Source of the DNA: an uncultured Bacilli bacterium
GTDB lineage: Bacteria; Bacillota_I; Bacilli_A; RF39; UBA660
NCBI GenBank assembly: GCA_947628125.1
Contig: CANQYR010000001.1
Location: 1 to 35,473, forward strand
Length of the DNA stretch: 35,473 nucleotides
Reading direction: 5' to 3'
Below the pieces are notes generated by a model. It was not told the origin of the DNA, did no database searches, and saw nothing but the letters and a program-made list of their open reading frames with translations. The translations under genes and the position numbers were made by a program. Positions 1-7,630 of this stretch are shown here, piece after piece (the stretch's first letter is position 1; every line of letters begins with the position of its first letter).

Positions 1-969
1 TCCTTTCCATTATGATTACTTCGTTCTGCTTCATACATATATTTTGCTGTTATTAAACTTGAACTATATGCTACGGGAATTGTTCCCGTATTCCACTTTA
101 CACTCGATATCATATTCCTTGACGACTCTCTTATTCCTATATTTGCCCAATCAGGACATGTTTCTGTAGAATTACTAGAACTTTTATAACATAAGTTTGT
201 TCCGGTACGTCTATTTAAATATTCTTCATTTAACACTTTTTCTATATCGGCATCACTCCACTCATTTACTCCAGAACCTCCATTTACACTTGATAATGAA
301 CTATCCCACGAATAATTTTTTTCAAATTTGTCTCTTATTATCTTTATATGACTTCCTGTATTTCCATTTTCATCTTCTATATTATTCATTATTCCTATAA
401 TACGCCACGTCTCACAGGTACTCTTACTTGCCGCTTTTCCTGCTTCACAATTAAAATACACATAATTTTTTGGCGTTGCTCCAACAAATCTTAAATTTTT
501 ATCTTCTGTATCATCATATAATATCTCAGATGTTTCACCGGCTTTATAATACTTACAAGCTGCTCCATCTGGGTGCATTGCACAAGCACGAGCTTCTTCA
601 TCTCCAAAATATAATGTACAACTTGTTTTTGTTTTCTTTAAATTATACACTGATGGCACCCAATTTTCGCTATCCCATTTTACTGTCGCATCATTAGTGC
701 AACTTGAACCAATATACAAAACACCATCTTCTTTTAAAGGCAAATTATCAAGTTTTTGATCACCATTATAAAATGCAAATTCGATGTCGCCTTTTCCGCC
801 ACTCATTTTTAATTTGCCATTTATTATTCTAAATGTTGCTCTATCTTGGTATCTTGCATAACTTTGATATACAAATAAAATTAGTAGTATGATACATAAG
901 CCACTTAAAGCAAAGAAAGCAATTTTACTTTTTCTTAACTCTTTATTTTCATATTTTTTAAGTTTCATA
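1..969 (-). CDS. Cys-rich exported, membrane-anchored protein. The 3' end lies outside the window. The start region is interrupted: ATG AAA CTT TAA, with the main frame open from 965.
   Basis: Absent from the ORF track because it has no stop inside the window. I checked every minus-strand codon in the frame whose plus-strand triplets begin at 3, 6, 9 and so on: there is no TTA, CTA or TCA from 3 to 965, and the upstream stop TGA is at 968..966. The translation ..NFKKYENKELRKSKIAFFALSGLCIILLILFVYQSYARYQDRATF.. gives a basic N-terminus and one TM helix, followed by an ectodomain with 8 Cys. The only RBS-linked ATG (969..967, with AGGGTGA 5 nt upstream) is in another frame and meets TAA after 3 codons. 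Confidence 0.6.
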
Positions 970-987
970 TAGGTCACCCTATTATTC

Positions 988-1019
988 TTATAACATACTA
1001 CCCCCCCCCCCTGTGTCTA
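988..1019 (-). promoter_or_regulatory. Putative promoter: TAGACA, then a 20-nt spacer containing G10, then the extended -10 TGtTATAAG.
   Basis: The minus strand reads TAGACA (1019..1014), ca, G10 (1011..1002), tagta, TG (996..995), t, TATAAG (993..988). This lies about 20 nt upstream of the RBS and ATG at 969. Confidence 0.4.
1002..1011. repeat. C10/G10 homopolymer tract
   Basis: Read directly: a-cccccccccc-t at 1001..1012. It is the only such G/C run I saw in this AT-rich window. Confidence 0.95.
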
Positions 1020-1048
1020 TAAAAAATAAAAGAACCTTTACAGGCCCT

Positions 1049-1597
1049 TTACTTATTTTTCTTCTTCTTTGGCTTTGGTTCTGATCTTGCCGCAATGACA
1101 AAGACAAACAAAAGCGCAACTATACCTAAAACAATAAACAATGGAATTAATAAAGGCGTCTTTGACTCTTCCTCAAACAAGAGCTCCCCATTATTACCAA
1201 CAATATCAGCAATTGGACTTACAAAATCCTCATCCATAGATGTTTCCTTAATTGTTGTCTTTATTCTCTCACCACTACTGCTACCAAAACCTAAAAAAGT
1301 TTCATCACCAATAATAATGTATGGAACACCAGAAGTATCTTCCTCATCCATTTTTTTAGCAACTTCATCATACAAATCAGAATAAGCTGGATACTTAACT
1401 ACATCCAAATTCCTAACTTCAAATAAATCCTTATACTCACTATCACTTTTCAAATTTTCTAAAAATTTCTTAGCATCTTGACAATGAGGACAAGTCTCCC
1501 TTGAAAATAAATACACAGTTACCTTCTTCGCACTAGCAAAAACTGGCATCAAAAACATAACTGCCAAAACAAAAAACCATATAAATTTATTTTTCAT
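1049..1597 (-). CDS. Membrane-anchored extracytoplasmic thioredoxin/glutaredoxin-like thiol-disulfide oxidoreductase
   Basis: 182 aa. It has a signal peptide (MKNKFIWFFVLAVMFLMPVFASA) and a CPHC redox motif in a Trx-fold context (VYLFSRETCPHCQDAKKFLENL). The C-terminus has a TM helix plus a KPKKKKNK tail. Confidence 0.75.
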   Translation of the reverse strand: MKNKFIWFFVLAVMFLMPVFASAKKVTVYLFSRETCPHCQDAKKFLENLKSDSEYKDLFEVRNLDVVKYPAYSDLYDEVAKKMDEEDTSGVPYIIIGDETFLGFGSSSGERIKTTIKETSMDEDFVSPIADIVGNNGELLFEEESKTPLLIPLFIVLGIVALLFVFVIAARSEPKPKKKKNK

Positions 1598-1669
1598 TAC
1601 TACACCTTCTTACCTAATTAATTATAAAATATATATTTATAAAAGACAAGCAAAAAATTTTTCCCATTA

Positions 1670-1986
1670 AATTAAATTTAACAATAGACCAAGCAAATAC
1701 GCTGCTGCATTTGATATAAACGATATTTTAAAAGATTTTTGCCAATTTATTTCTAATAAATATTTATAAATATAACTTTCCACCATAATAATTCTAAAAA
1801 TGCCAAAACAATATCCTTATATTCAAAAAAATATATAATATTATAAATATATACCACTAACGGATTCGTAAGCATATTTACTAATAAAACAGGTATAAAT
1901 ACGTTTCTTTTTATACATAACAATTTAACAATTACATATTCTATAACTACCGTTAGTAAAAACGATACAACTAAACTACTTATCAT
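1670..1986 (-). CDS. Small polytopic membrane protein, apparently split between two frames (1753..1986 and 1670..1816)
   Basis: The track ORF ends ..DIVLAFLELLWWKVIFINIY*. An overlapping frame reads ..FRIIMVESYIYKYLLEINWQKSFKISFISNAAAYLLGLLLNLI* (stop at 1667..1669), which looks like the natural hydrophobic continuation. The frames could join at the T5 run (plus-strand a5 at 1796..1800). Confidence 0.45.
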
Positions 1987-2207
1987 TTCTTCTTTTTAAT
2001 TACTTTTCTTATAATAATTACTGAACAAATGACAATACTTAATACTAATAACCCAATAAGAATATAATGTAAAGGACTATTATTTACCTTCCCACCATAA
2101 AATTCACCCGAATCCGGATCAATCCATACAACATCTGCTAAACACGTTTTATAAAAAACTAAACAAAATAAAAAAACTAACATAAAAACATTTTTAATTT
2201 TTTTCAT
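1983..2207 (-). CDS. Small secreted or membrane protein (signal peptide, short ectodomain, TM helix, KKKK tail)
   Basis: 74 aa. It overlaps both neighbours (ATGA-type coupling at 1983..1986 and a 14-nt overlap at 2194..2207). No recognisable family. Confidence 0.55.
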   Translation of the reverse strand: MKKIKNVFMLVFLFCLVFYKTCLADVVWIDPDSGEFYGGKVNNSPLHYILIGLLVLSIVICSVIIIRKVIKKKK

Positions 2208-3225
2208 TACTAAATTCTCCTTTCAAATATAATTTATACGCGATGAAAAAGGCTAACATAGCAAACATAACACTTCCCACCAAAATAAAATTATTAATAG
2301 TTATATTTATAAAACCAATTAAAAAACCTATAAACAAAAACATCGTATTTAACCCAACCGCACACGCGATTTTTTTAGAAAGCGTATTTTCCAAAATAGT
2401 TAACGTAATTGCCATTGGCATATTAAATAATAAAATTCCAATATATGCAAACATATGAATATTATAGCCAAGAACTAAACATATCGCGGACAAGAAAAAA
2501 GATCCTAAAGCAACTTTTAATAAACCTAATCTATCAGCCAAAAAACCTCCCAATGCCTTGCCAAGCACCATCGATATTGCATATATAAGCCCTAAAACAA
2601 AAGTATTTTTCCAACTATATACAACCTTAATACCCAAAATAGATCTCACTATAATTGACAAACCAATAAAAATAACTATTAATAATACCCTAGAATTATC
2701 TAACTTGTTTTCTAAATCCTCTTTCATAATTACTTCTTGCTTTTGAACAAAAAACAACAAACATATCGCTAAAAAAATTAAAAAAGTTGCCAAAGTTGTA
2801 TGACCATAAAACATTGTTCCTAAAAATATTCCTAAAGCACCCGGCGCGACAAATAAACCATTTAAAAAAGCCTTTTTCTCTGATACACTATAAATATTAA
2901 CCCCGCCTTCTAAATGAAATAAAGCATTGCCTATTCCCACAACCATCGCTAATAAATAAGCATTAAAATTAATTAAATAACATAAACCTATTAAACATAA
3001 CCCAATTATAGAAATATACTTGTAAACCTTAAATTTATCTAATATATATCCAAGTGGTACTTGAAAAGCAAAAGCAAAAAAATTATATATAATCATTGCT
3101 ATTAAAAATTGATTATCTGTATAAACAAAATAAGGCAACCTACCTAATATAAAAGCTGTACAGCCAAAATCAACTATAAAATGACATAAACTATAAATTA
3201 ATATAAAGCTTGTTTTCTTTTTCAT
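2194..3225 (-). CDS. Polytopic membrane protein, MFS-like transporter
   Basis: 343 aa, hydrophobic throughout (about 10-12 helices). GKALGGFLADRLG resembles MFS motif A (G-x-x-x-D-R-x-G). Confidence 0.55.
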   Translation of the reverse strand: MKKKTSFILIYSLCHFIVDFGCTAFILGRLPYFVYTDNQFLIAMIIYNFFAFAFQVPLGYILDKFKVYKYISIIGLCLIGLCYLINFNAYLLAMVVGIGNALFHLEGGVNIYSVSEKKAFLNGLFVAPGALGIFLGTMFYGHTTLATFLIFLAICLLFFVQKQEVIMKEDLENKLDNSRVLLIVIFIGLSIIVRSILGIKVVYSWKNTFVLGLIYAISMVLGKALGGFLADRLGLLKVALGSFFLSAICLVLGYNIHMFAYIGILLFNMPMAITLTILENTLSKKIACAVGLNTMFLFIGFLIGFINITINNFILVGSVMFAMLAFFIAYKLYLKGEFSNEKN

Positions 3226-3328
3226 TACTACTCCTTTGATTAACTAATATACTTATATCATAAATATTAAGACCTTACAATAATTATAAAAAACAAACGT
3301 AAAGACATCAGGGGCATCCAAAATATAC

Positions 3329-3357
3329 TTGCAATTTTAAAAACTTTATTATATAAT
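3329..3357 (+). promoter_or_regulatory. Sigma-A type promoter for the tRNA pair: TTGCAA-17-TATAAT
   Basis: TTGCAA at 3329..3334, an indexed 17-nt spacer, and TATAAT at 3352..3357. tRNA-Arg starts 21 nt downstream. Confidence 0.7.
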
Positions 3358-3377
3358 CATATTGCCTTTTGAAAAAC

Positions 3378-3454
3378 GCACCCATAGCTCAATTGGATAG
3401 AGCGTTAGACTACGGATCTAAAGGTTAGGGGTTCGACTCCCTTTGGGTGCACCA
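3378..3454 (+). tRNA. tRNA-Arg (anticodon ACG), CCA encoded
   Basis: Folded by hand into a 77-nt cloverleaf: acceptor GCACCCA/TGGGTGC, D stem GCTC/GAGC, anticodon stem TTAGA/TCTAA with loop CTACGGA, T loop TTCGACT, 3' ACCA. Confidence 0.93.
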
Positions 3455-3501
3455 TTTTTTATTCACAATCGAAAAAAATTGTGATATACTATCTATGTAA
3501 C

Positions 3502-3578
3502 CGAGAAGTAGCACAATTTGGTAGTGCACTTGGTTTGGGACCAAGGGGTTGCAGGTTCAAATCCTGTCTTCTCGACCA
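3502..3578 (+). tRNA. tRNA-Pro (anticodon UGG), CCA encoded
   Basis: 77-nt cloverleaf: acceptor CGAGAAG/CTTCTCG, D stem GCAC/GTGC, anticodon stem CTTGG/CCAAG with loop TTTGGGA, T stem GCAGG/CCTGT with loop TTCAAAT, 3' ACCA. Confidence 0.92.
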
Positions 3579-3593
3579 GTTAAGATTATAAAA

Positions 3594-3619
3594 AGCCCTA
3601 CAAAATAGGACTTTTTTTA
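3594..3619. terminator. Candidate bidirectional intrinsic terminator between the tRNA operon and the convergent minus-strand operon
   Basis: AGCCCTA-caaaa-TAGGACT forms a 7-bp stem with 1 mismatch, followed by T7 on the plus strand. The complementary hairpin is followed by TTTT on the minus strand. Confidence 0.5.
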
Positions 3620-3626
3620 TATAAAA

Positions 3627-4637
3627 TTAATCATCAGAATTTTTAAATATCTTATATAACATTATAGGATGCAAAACAAAATCAATACTATCTGCCTTAT
3701 CAATTAATGTCAAAAGCCAAGCCTCCCTACTCCTTGGTATTTTTTTATTAACCGGAAACATATGCGTTTCCATTATACTCATAATCTTCGGCGTAATTCG
3801 CTTGCCATAATACTTCTTAGCATTTAAAACCGCCTCATGCGCATGCGTAAAAGCATGCATCTGTAAAAAAGGTTTTTTCTCCTTGTTATATTGCCAAGGC
3901 TCAAGATAAAAATCATGAAGTAACCCCGCAATAGTCAAACTTTTATAATCCAACTTCAAACGCTTAGCAATCTTAAAACAATCATAAGAAACCCGCAAAG
4001 TATGCTCATACACACTCTCATTAATATGATGCGGATAACTCTTTCGCTTAATAAATTCCTGATGAACAACAAAAGGCTCAATAATATTGTAAAATTCTAC
4101 ATAATCCCCAAAAACATCTTTACTGTTTTTTTTTAGCCTCACATAAAATAATACATAACTTAATAAAGTCAAAGCCTGAAATAATAAAGTAACAATTGCC
4201 AAAATATTTACCAAAACCATCACATTTGGCCACAAAATACTAGCAAACCCCACTAAAATAGTAACAAAAATTACCCACGTCTTTAATTTACCAATCAACA
4301 AACTATTTACTATCCTCATCCTTTGATAAACATACAAATTGAAAAAAGCAATCAATAACTCTAAAATAAATATGTACATATACACTTGCCTATTAAAAAC
4401 CAAAAACAAAAGAAGCCCAATAGCTGTAACCTTATCAGCTACAACATCCAAAAAAGCCCCAAAATCACTAGTCGCGTGCCACTTCCTTGCTAAAAAGCCA
4501 TCCAAAGCATCCGTTAAAAAAACAATTGCCCCTACAACTAAAAGGCCAAAAATCTTTTGCTTAAAAGCCAAAAATAACATTAAAGGTAACATTAACAAAC
4601 GACTAATAGTTAAAATATTCGGAATATATTTTTTCAT
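3627..4637 (-). CDS. Fusion protein: CDP-alcohol phosphatidyltransferase (PgsA-like) membrane domain plus C-terminal HD-domain phosphohydrolase
   Basis: The N-terminal half carries the complete motif DALDGFLARKWHATSDFGAFLDVVADK (DxxDGxxAR-x8-G-xxx-D-xxx-D) within TM helices. The C-terminal ~150 aa carries an HD signature (YEHTLRVS..AGLLHDF..THMFP). Confidence 0.85.
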   Translation of the reverse strand: MKKYIPNILTISRLLMLPLMLFLAFKQKIFGLLVVGAIVFLTDALDGFLARKWHATSDFGAFLDVVADKVTAIGLLLFLVFNRQVYMYIFILELLIAFFNLYVYQRMRIVNSLLIGKLKTWVIFVTILVGFASILWPNVMVLVNILAIVTLLFQALTLLSYVLFYVRLKKNSKDVFGDYVEFYNIIEPFVVHQEFIKRKSYPHHINESVYEHTLRVSYDCFKIAKRLKLDYKSLTIAGLLHDFYLEPWQYNKEKKPFLQMHAFTHAHEAVLNAKKYYGKRITPKIMSIMETHMFPVNKKIPRSREAWLLTLIDKADSIDFVLHPIMLYKIFKNSDD

Positions 4638-4641
4638 TATC

Positions 4642-6288
4642 CTACTCCTTTATTTTTTGCCTAAAATTCTTAATATCCTTCAAACTATTTATATACGGTA
4701 TTGCCTTTAACTTTAACATACACGCAAAATAAATAACCATTCCAACAAGCGCATAAACACCACAAATGAAAATACTATACATCCTACTACCACCACTAAT
4801 AGGTAATAAAATATTTAATAAACATAAACCTAAAACCATAACCCCACACGCTAAAACAGTTTTCAAAAGAACCTTAAAAGTCTTAAAATAATTAATACCA
4901 TAACACCTATTTAACTGCCAAAGCAAAAACAAAATCGTCGCACTTTGACTTATTAAACTTGCTACCGATGAACCATAATAAGCCTTTAACCCCAATGAAT
5001 TAAATAAATTTATCATCGGCACATTCAAACAAAGCTTAATAACAAAACCAATAAATAACGAACCAAAAGATAACTTAGTATTATTCATAATCTGAGCACT
5101 ATCAACCAAAACCGATTGAAAAGATAAAGTTATCCCTAAAAATATATAAATTCTAAACAAAGAAACCCCAATCTCATCATAACCATAAAAAGCATTCCAA
5201 ACCGGATAAGACAAAAAAGATAAACCAACCGTCATTGGAATCGTTAATATAACCAAAACCATCAAAGCACTATTGATCTTTTTCCCAACATCCTTAAAAT
5301 CCTTCTTCACAAAACTAGGCATAATATTAGGAATCAAACTAGCTGTAATACCAATACTAATTGAAATAACAATCATATTTAACTTCGAAGCCCAAGTTGA
5401 AATAACCCCAATTACATTCTCAGCATCTAAAACAGGATAACCTAAATTAGTCAAAGTCCTTACAATCGTAAACAAATCAACCACACTATATGAAGACTTA
5501 ACAATATCAATTAAAACAAAAGGCATCGCATAAAAAACAATCTTCTTAAACAAACTTTTATTACTTACCTTTTTCTCCTCTAAAGACTCTTCCTTTACAA
5601 TCTTAAACTTACTCTTATTCTTAGAAAGCTTATAACTAACATAAAAATACGCCACAAGTGCCCCAATACTAGCCCCTAAAACAGCCACCGAAACAGATGC
5701 AGTAAGTCCTAAATTAAAAACCTTCAAAGCTAAAAAACTACCCAAAACAACAATAATTACCCGCACTAACTGCTCAATAACCGCCGATAACTGACTAGGA
5801 AGCATATACTTATGACCCTGCAAATAACCCCTTTTAACACTTAAAATAGGAACCACAAGCAAAGCCGTTGAAATAAACCTTATGACCATCGCAATACTTT
5901 CCACACTATTGCCGTCTACCTCATCGCCCTTAATCATAAAAGCAATATCCTTAGCAAAAACAAACATCAAAATAAAGCCAATTAAACCTAATAAAACCAA
6001 ACACCTTGATCCCATCTTATAAGCTCGCTCTTTTAAATGCTGCATATCTAAAGCATTATACTCACTAATAAGCTTACTAATCGCCGTTGGAATACCAACC
6101 GTTGATAAACTTAAAAAAATAGAATATATTTCATAAGCATAACTATATAAAGCTCCGCCTTGATTGCCAATAATATCATAAAAAGGAATAACATATATTA
6201 AACCTAATATCTTACAAATTATAACACTTGCCGTTGCAATAAAAGCACCTTCTATAAAACTTGTCTTCTTCAATTTGCACCACCACAT
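4642..6288 (-). CDS. MOP-superfamily flippase (SpoVB/MurJ-like polysaccharide biosynthesis protein)
   Basis: 548 aa with about 14 TM helices. The N-terminus KKTSFIEGAFIATASVIICKILGLIYVIPF is typical of the SpoVB/MurJ family. The true start may be the TTG at 6273, preceded by GGTGGTG, rather than the ATG at 6288. Confidence 0.8.
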   Translation of the reverse strand: MWWCKLKKTSFIEGAFIATASVIICKILGLIYVIPFYDIIGNQGGALYSYAYEIYSIFLSLSTVGIPTAISKLISEYNALDMQHLKERAYKMGSRCLVLLGLIGFILMFVFAKDIAFMIKGDEVDGNSVESIAMVIRFISTALLVVPILSVKRGYLQGHKYMLPSQLSAVIEQLVRVIIVVLGSFLALKVFNLGLTASVSVAVLGASIGALVAYFYVSYKLSKNKSKFKIVKEESLEEKKVSNKSLFKKIVFYAMPFVLIDIVKSSYSVVDLFTIVRTLTNLGYPVLDAENVIGVISTWASKLNMIVISISIGITASLIPNIMPSFVKKDFKDVGKKINSALMVLVILTIPMTVGLSFLSYPVWNAFYGYDEIGVSLFRIYIFLGITLSFQSVLVDSAQIMNNTKLSFGSLFIGFVIKLCLNVPMINLFNSLGLKAYYGSSVASLISQSATILFLLWQLNRCYGINYFKTFKVLLKTVLACGVMVLGLCLLNILLPISGGSRMYSIFICGVYALVGMVIYFACMLKLKAIPYINSLKDIKNFRQKIKE

Positions 6289-6324
6289 CTATTATATAGA
6301 TTTTTAATAGCTTTGGCAAATATT

Positions 6325-6558
6325 TTATTTGCTACGTGTAAATTCTACTAAAACCACATCCTGTCCAATTTTTTTAATATCCTGATAAGTTATCTCTACC
6401 TCTTCCTTAAAATGAAAAAAATAAAACAACCTTTTAGGCTCCACAATAAAATGCAAAATCATACCATCATCACTTACCATTGCATCAACAATTCTCCCCA
6501 GCCTTTTACCATCAAAAACATTAACAATATCCTTTTTTTGTAACTCCGATAATGTCAT
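6325..6558 (-). CDS. YlmC/YmxH-family PRC-barrel sporulation protein
   Basis: 77 aa. LSELQKKDIVNVFDGKRLGRIVD...ITYQDIKKIGQDVVLVEF matches the YlmC/YmxH pattern. Confidence 0.8.
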   Translation of the reverse strand: MTLSELQKKDIVNVFDGKRLGRIVDAMVSDDGMILHFIVEPKRLFYFFHFKEEVEITYQDIKKIGQDVVLVEFTRSK

Positions 6559-6566
6559 ATTTCCCC

Positions 6567-7163
6567 CTAACTAACCTTATCCGTAATCAAAAAAACATCT
6601 TCAATATCATAACTGCTTTTCTTATGAATACCATAAATAAAAACCTCTTTATCCAAATTTTGAAAAAACACTTTCAACTTTTCCGAATAAACCGCCTCCA
6701 ATAAACAAATAAAATCATAACCATCATAAGAAGACTCACTATTTAAAACATAATTTAAAACCCCAAGCTTATAACTATGCTTTAAATTACCTAACCTTTT
6801 AATAACCTGATTATAAAAACTCATACAATAAATACGCTTACTACAATACTTTTCTAAAACCTTATTTAACTTATCACAATCAACATTCATTTCCTTTAAC
6901 TCTAATAAAAAAATCTTCTTACTATCTAAAGATAAAACCTCATCTAACCTTGGCAATAATAAATCACTATACTTACTTAAAGATATCACCTTACCCTTAT
7001 AAAAAGGTCCATGACAAATAACAAAAACCCCATCCAAACTTGTCCTAACATCACACTCAAAACCACCATACAAAGGATCTAAAATAGCCAAAGAAAAAGC
7101 CAAAAGCGAATTTTCTAAAGCCCCATTTTTCTTCAAACCCCTATGGGCTATTAAATTTTCCAT
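6567..7163 (-). CDS. Glycerophosphodiester phosphodiesterase family protein (short form)
   Basis: The N-terminus IAHRG..ENSLLAF..ECDVRTSLDGVFVICH shows GDPD motifs (HRG, E-x-D-v, DG-x-x-v-x-H). Confidence 0.8.
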   Translation of the reverse strand: MENLIAHRGLKKNGALENSLLAFSLAILDPLYGGFECDVRTSLDGVFVICHGPFYKGKVISLSKYSDLLLPRLDEVLSLDSKKIFLLELKEMNVDCDKLNKVLEKYCSKRIYCMSFYNQVIKRLGNLKHSYKLGVLNYVLNSESSYDGYDFICLLEAVYSEKLKVFFQNLDKEVFIYGIHKKSSYDIEDVFLITDKVS

Positions 7164-7171
7164 ACTACATA

Positions 7172-7618
7172 CTATGCTTTTTTCTTAAATCCTAAAACAA
7201 TAACCTTAAACAAAATAATAATTATAACTAAACATCCACTAATTACATAAATAGGTAAATTCTTAATCTCCTTTACATCAGAAACATCAGAAACATCAGA
7301 AACCTCATTAAAAACCACCGCATCATCTACCAAATTCTTATAAAAAGTATACTCCTCTTTCTTAACACTACCATCATAAACCTCATAAACAGCCTTTTCT
7401 AAATCCTCTTTTAAAACTACATCTAAACTACTATCAAACAAACTATAATTAGCCTTGATAGTATCTTCTCCCTCCACCAAATAAACCGTATAATAATTAA
7501 CCAAAGGATCAAAAGGAATAGATAACTTACCATTTAAAACCTCAAAATTTTTCATCGTATCTGCCTTAACACTTTCAAAAAACATAAAACAAAAGAAAAA
7601 AAAGAATAACTTTTTCAA
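7172..7618 (-). CDS. Secreted, C-terminally TM-anchored protein with a small beta-sandwich-like ectodomain and a VSD x3 repeat
   Basis: 148 aa with a signal peptide, FEVLNGKLSIPFDPLVNYYTVYL (resembles a cadherin-like beta-sandwich repeat), VSDVSDVSDV and a TM helix plus KKKA tail. Confidence 0.6.
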   Translation of the reverse strand: MKKLFFFFFCFMFFESVKADTMKNFEVLNGKLSIPFDPLVNYYTVYLVEGEDTIKANYSLFDSSLDVVLKEDLEKAVYEVYDGSVKKEEYTFYKNLVDDAVVFNEVSDVSDVSDVKEIKNLPIYVISGCLVIIIILFKVIVLGFKKKA

Positions 7619-7630
7619 ATCCCTAGCCTC

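Noticed and set aside
197-697. Plus-strand track ORFs 197..400 and 470..697
   Set aside because: They are antisense to the long open minus-strand frame (1..965), which encodes a sensible TM-anchored protein. Their translations are low-complexity L/H/Y/F strings typical of the antisense of AT-rich coding DNA, and neither has an RBS.
1012-1048. Possible terminator after the thioredoxin-like gene (..GGCCTGTAAAGGTTCTTTTATTTTTT on the minus strand)
   Set aside because: The stem is only 3-5 bp with wobble pairs. The T-run is suggestive, but the hairpin is too weak to call.
3463-3484. Hairpin TCACAAT-(8 nt)-ATTGTGA between tRNA-Arg and tRNA-Pro, overlapping a TGaTATACT extended -10-like motif
   Set aside because: No U-tract follows it, so it is not a convincing terminator. 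It could be a processing signal or a secondary promoter, but a 7-bp AT-rich stem is weak evidence either way.
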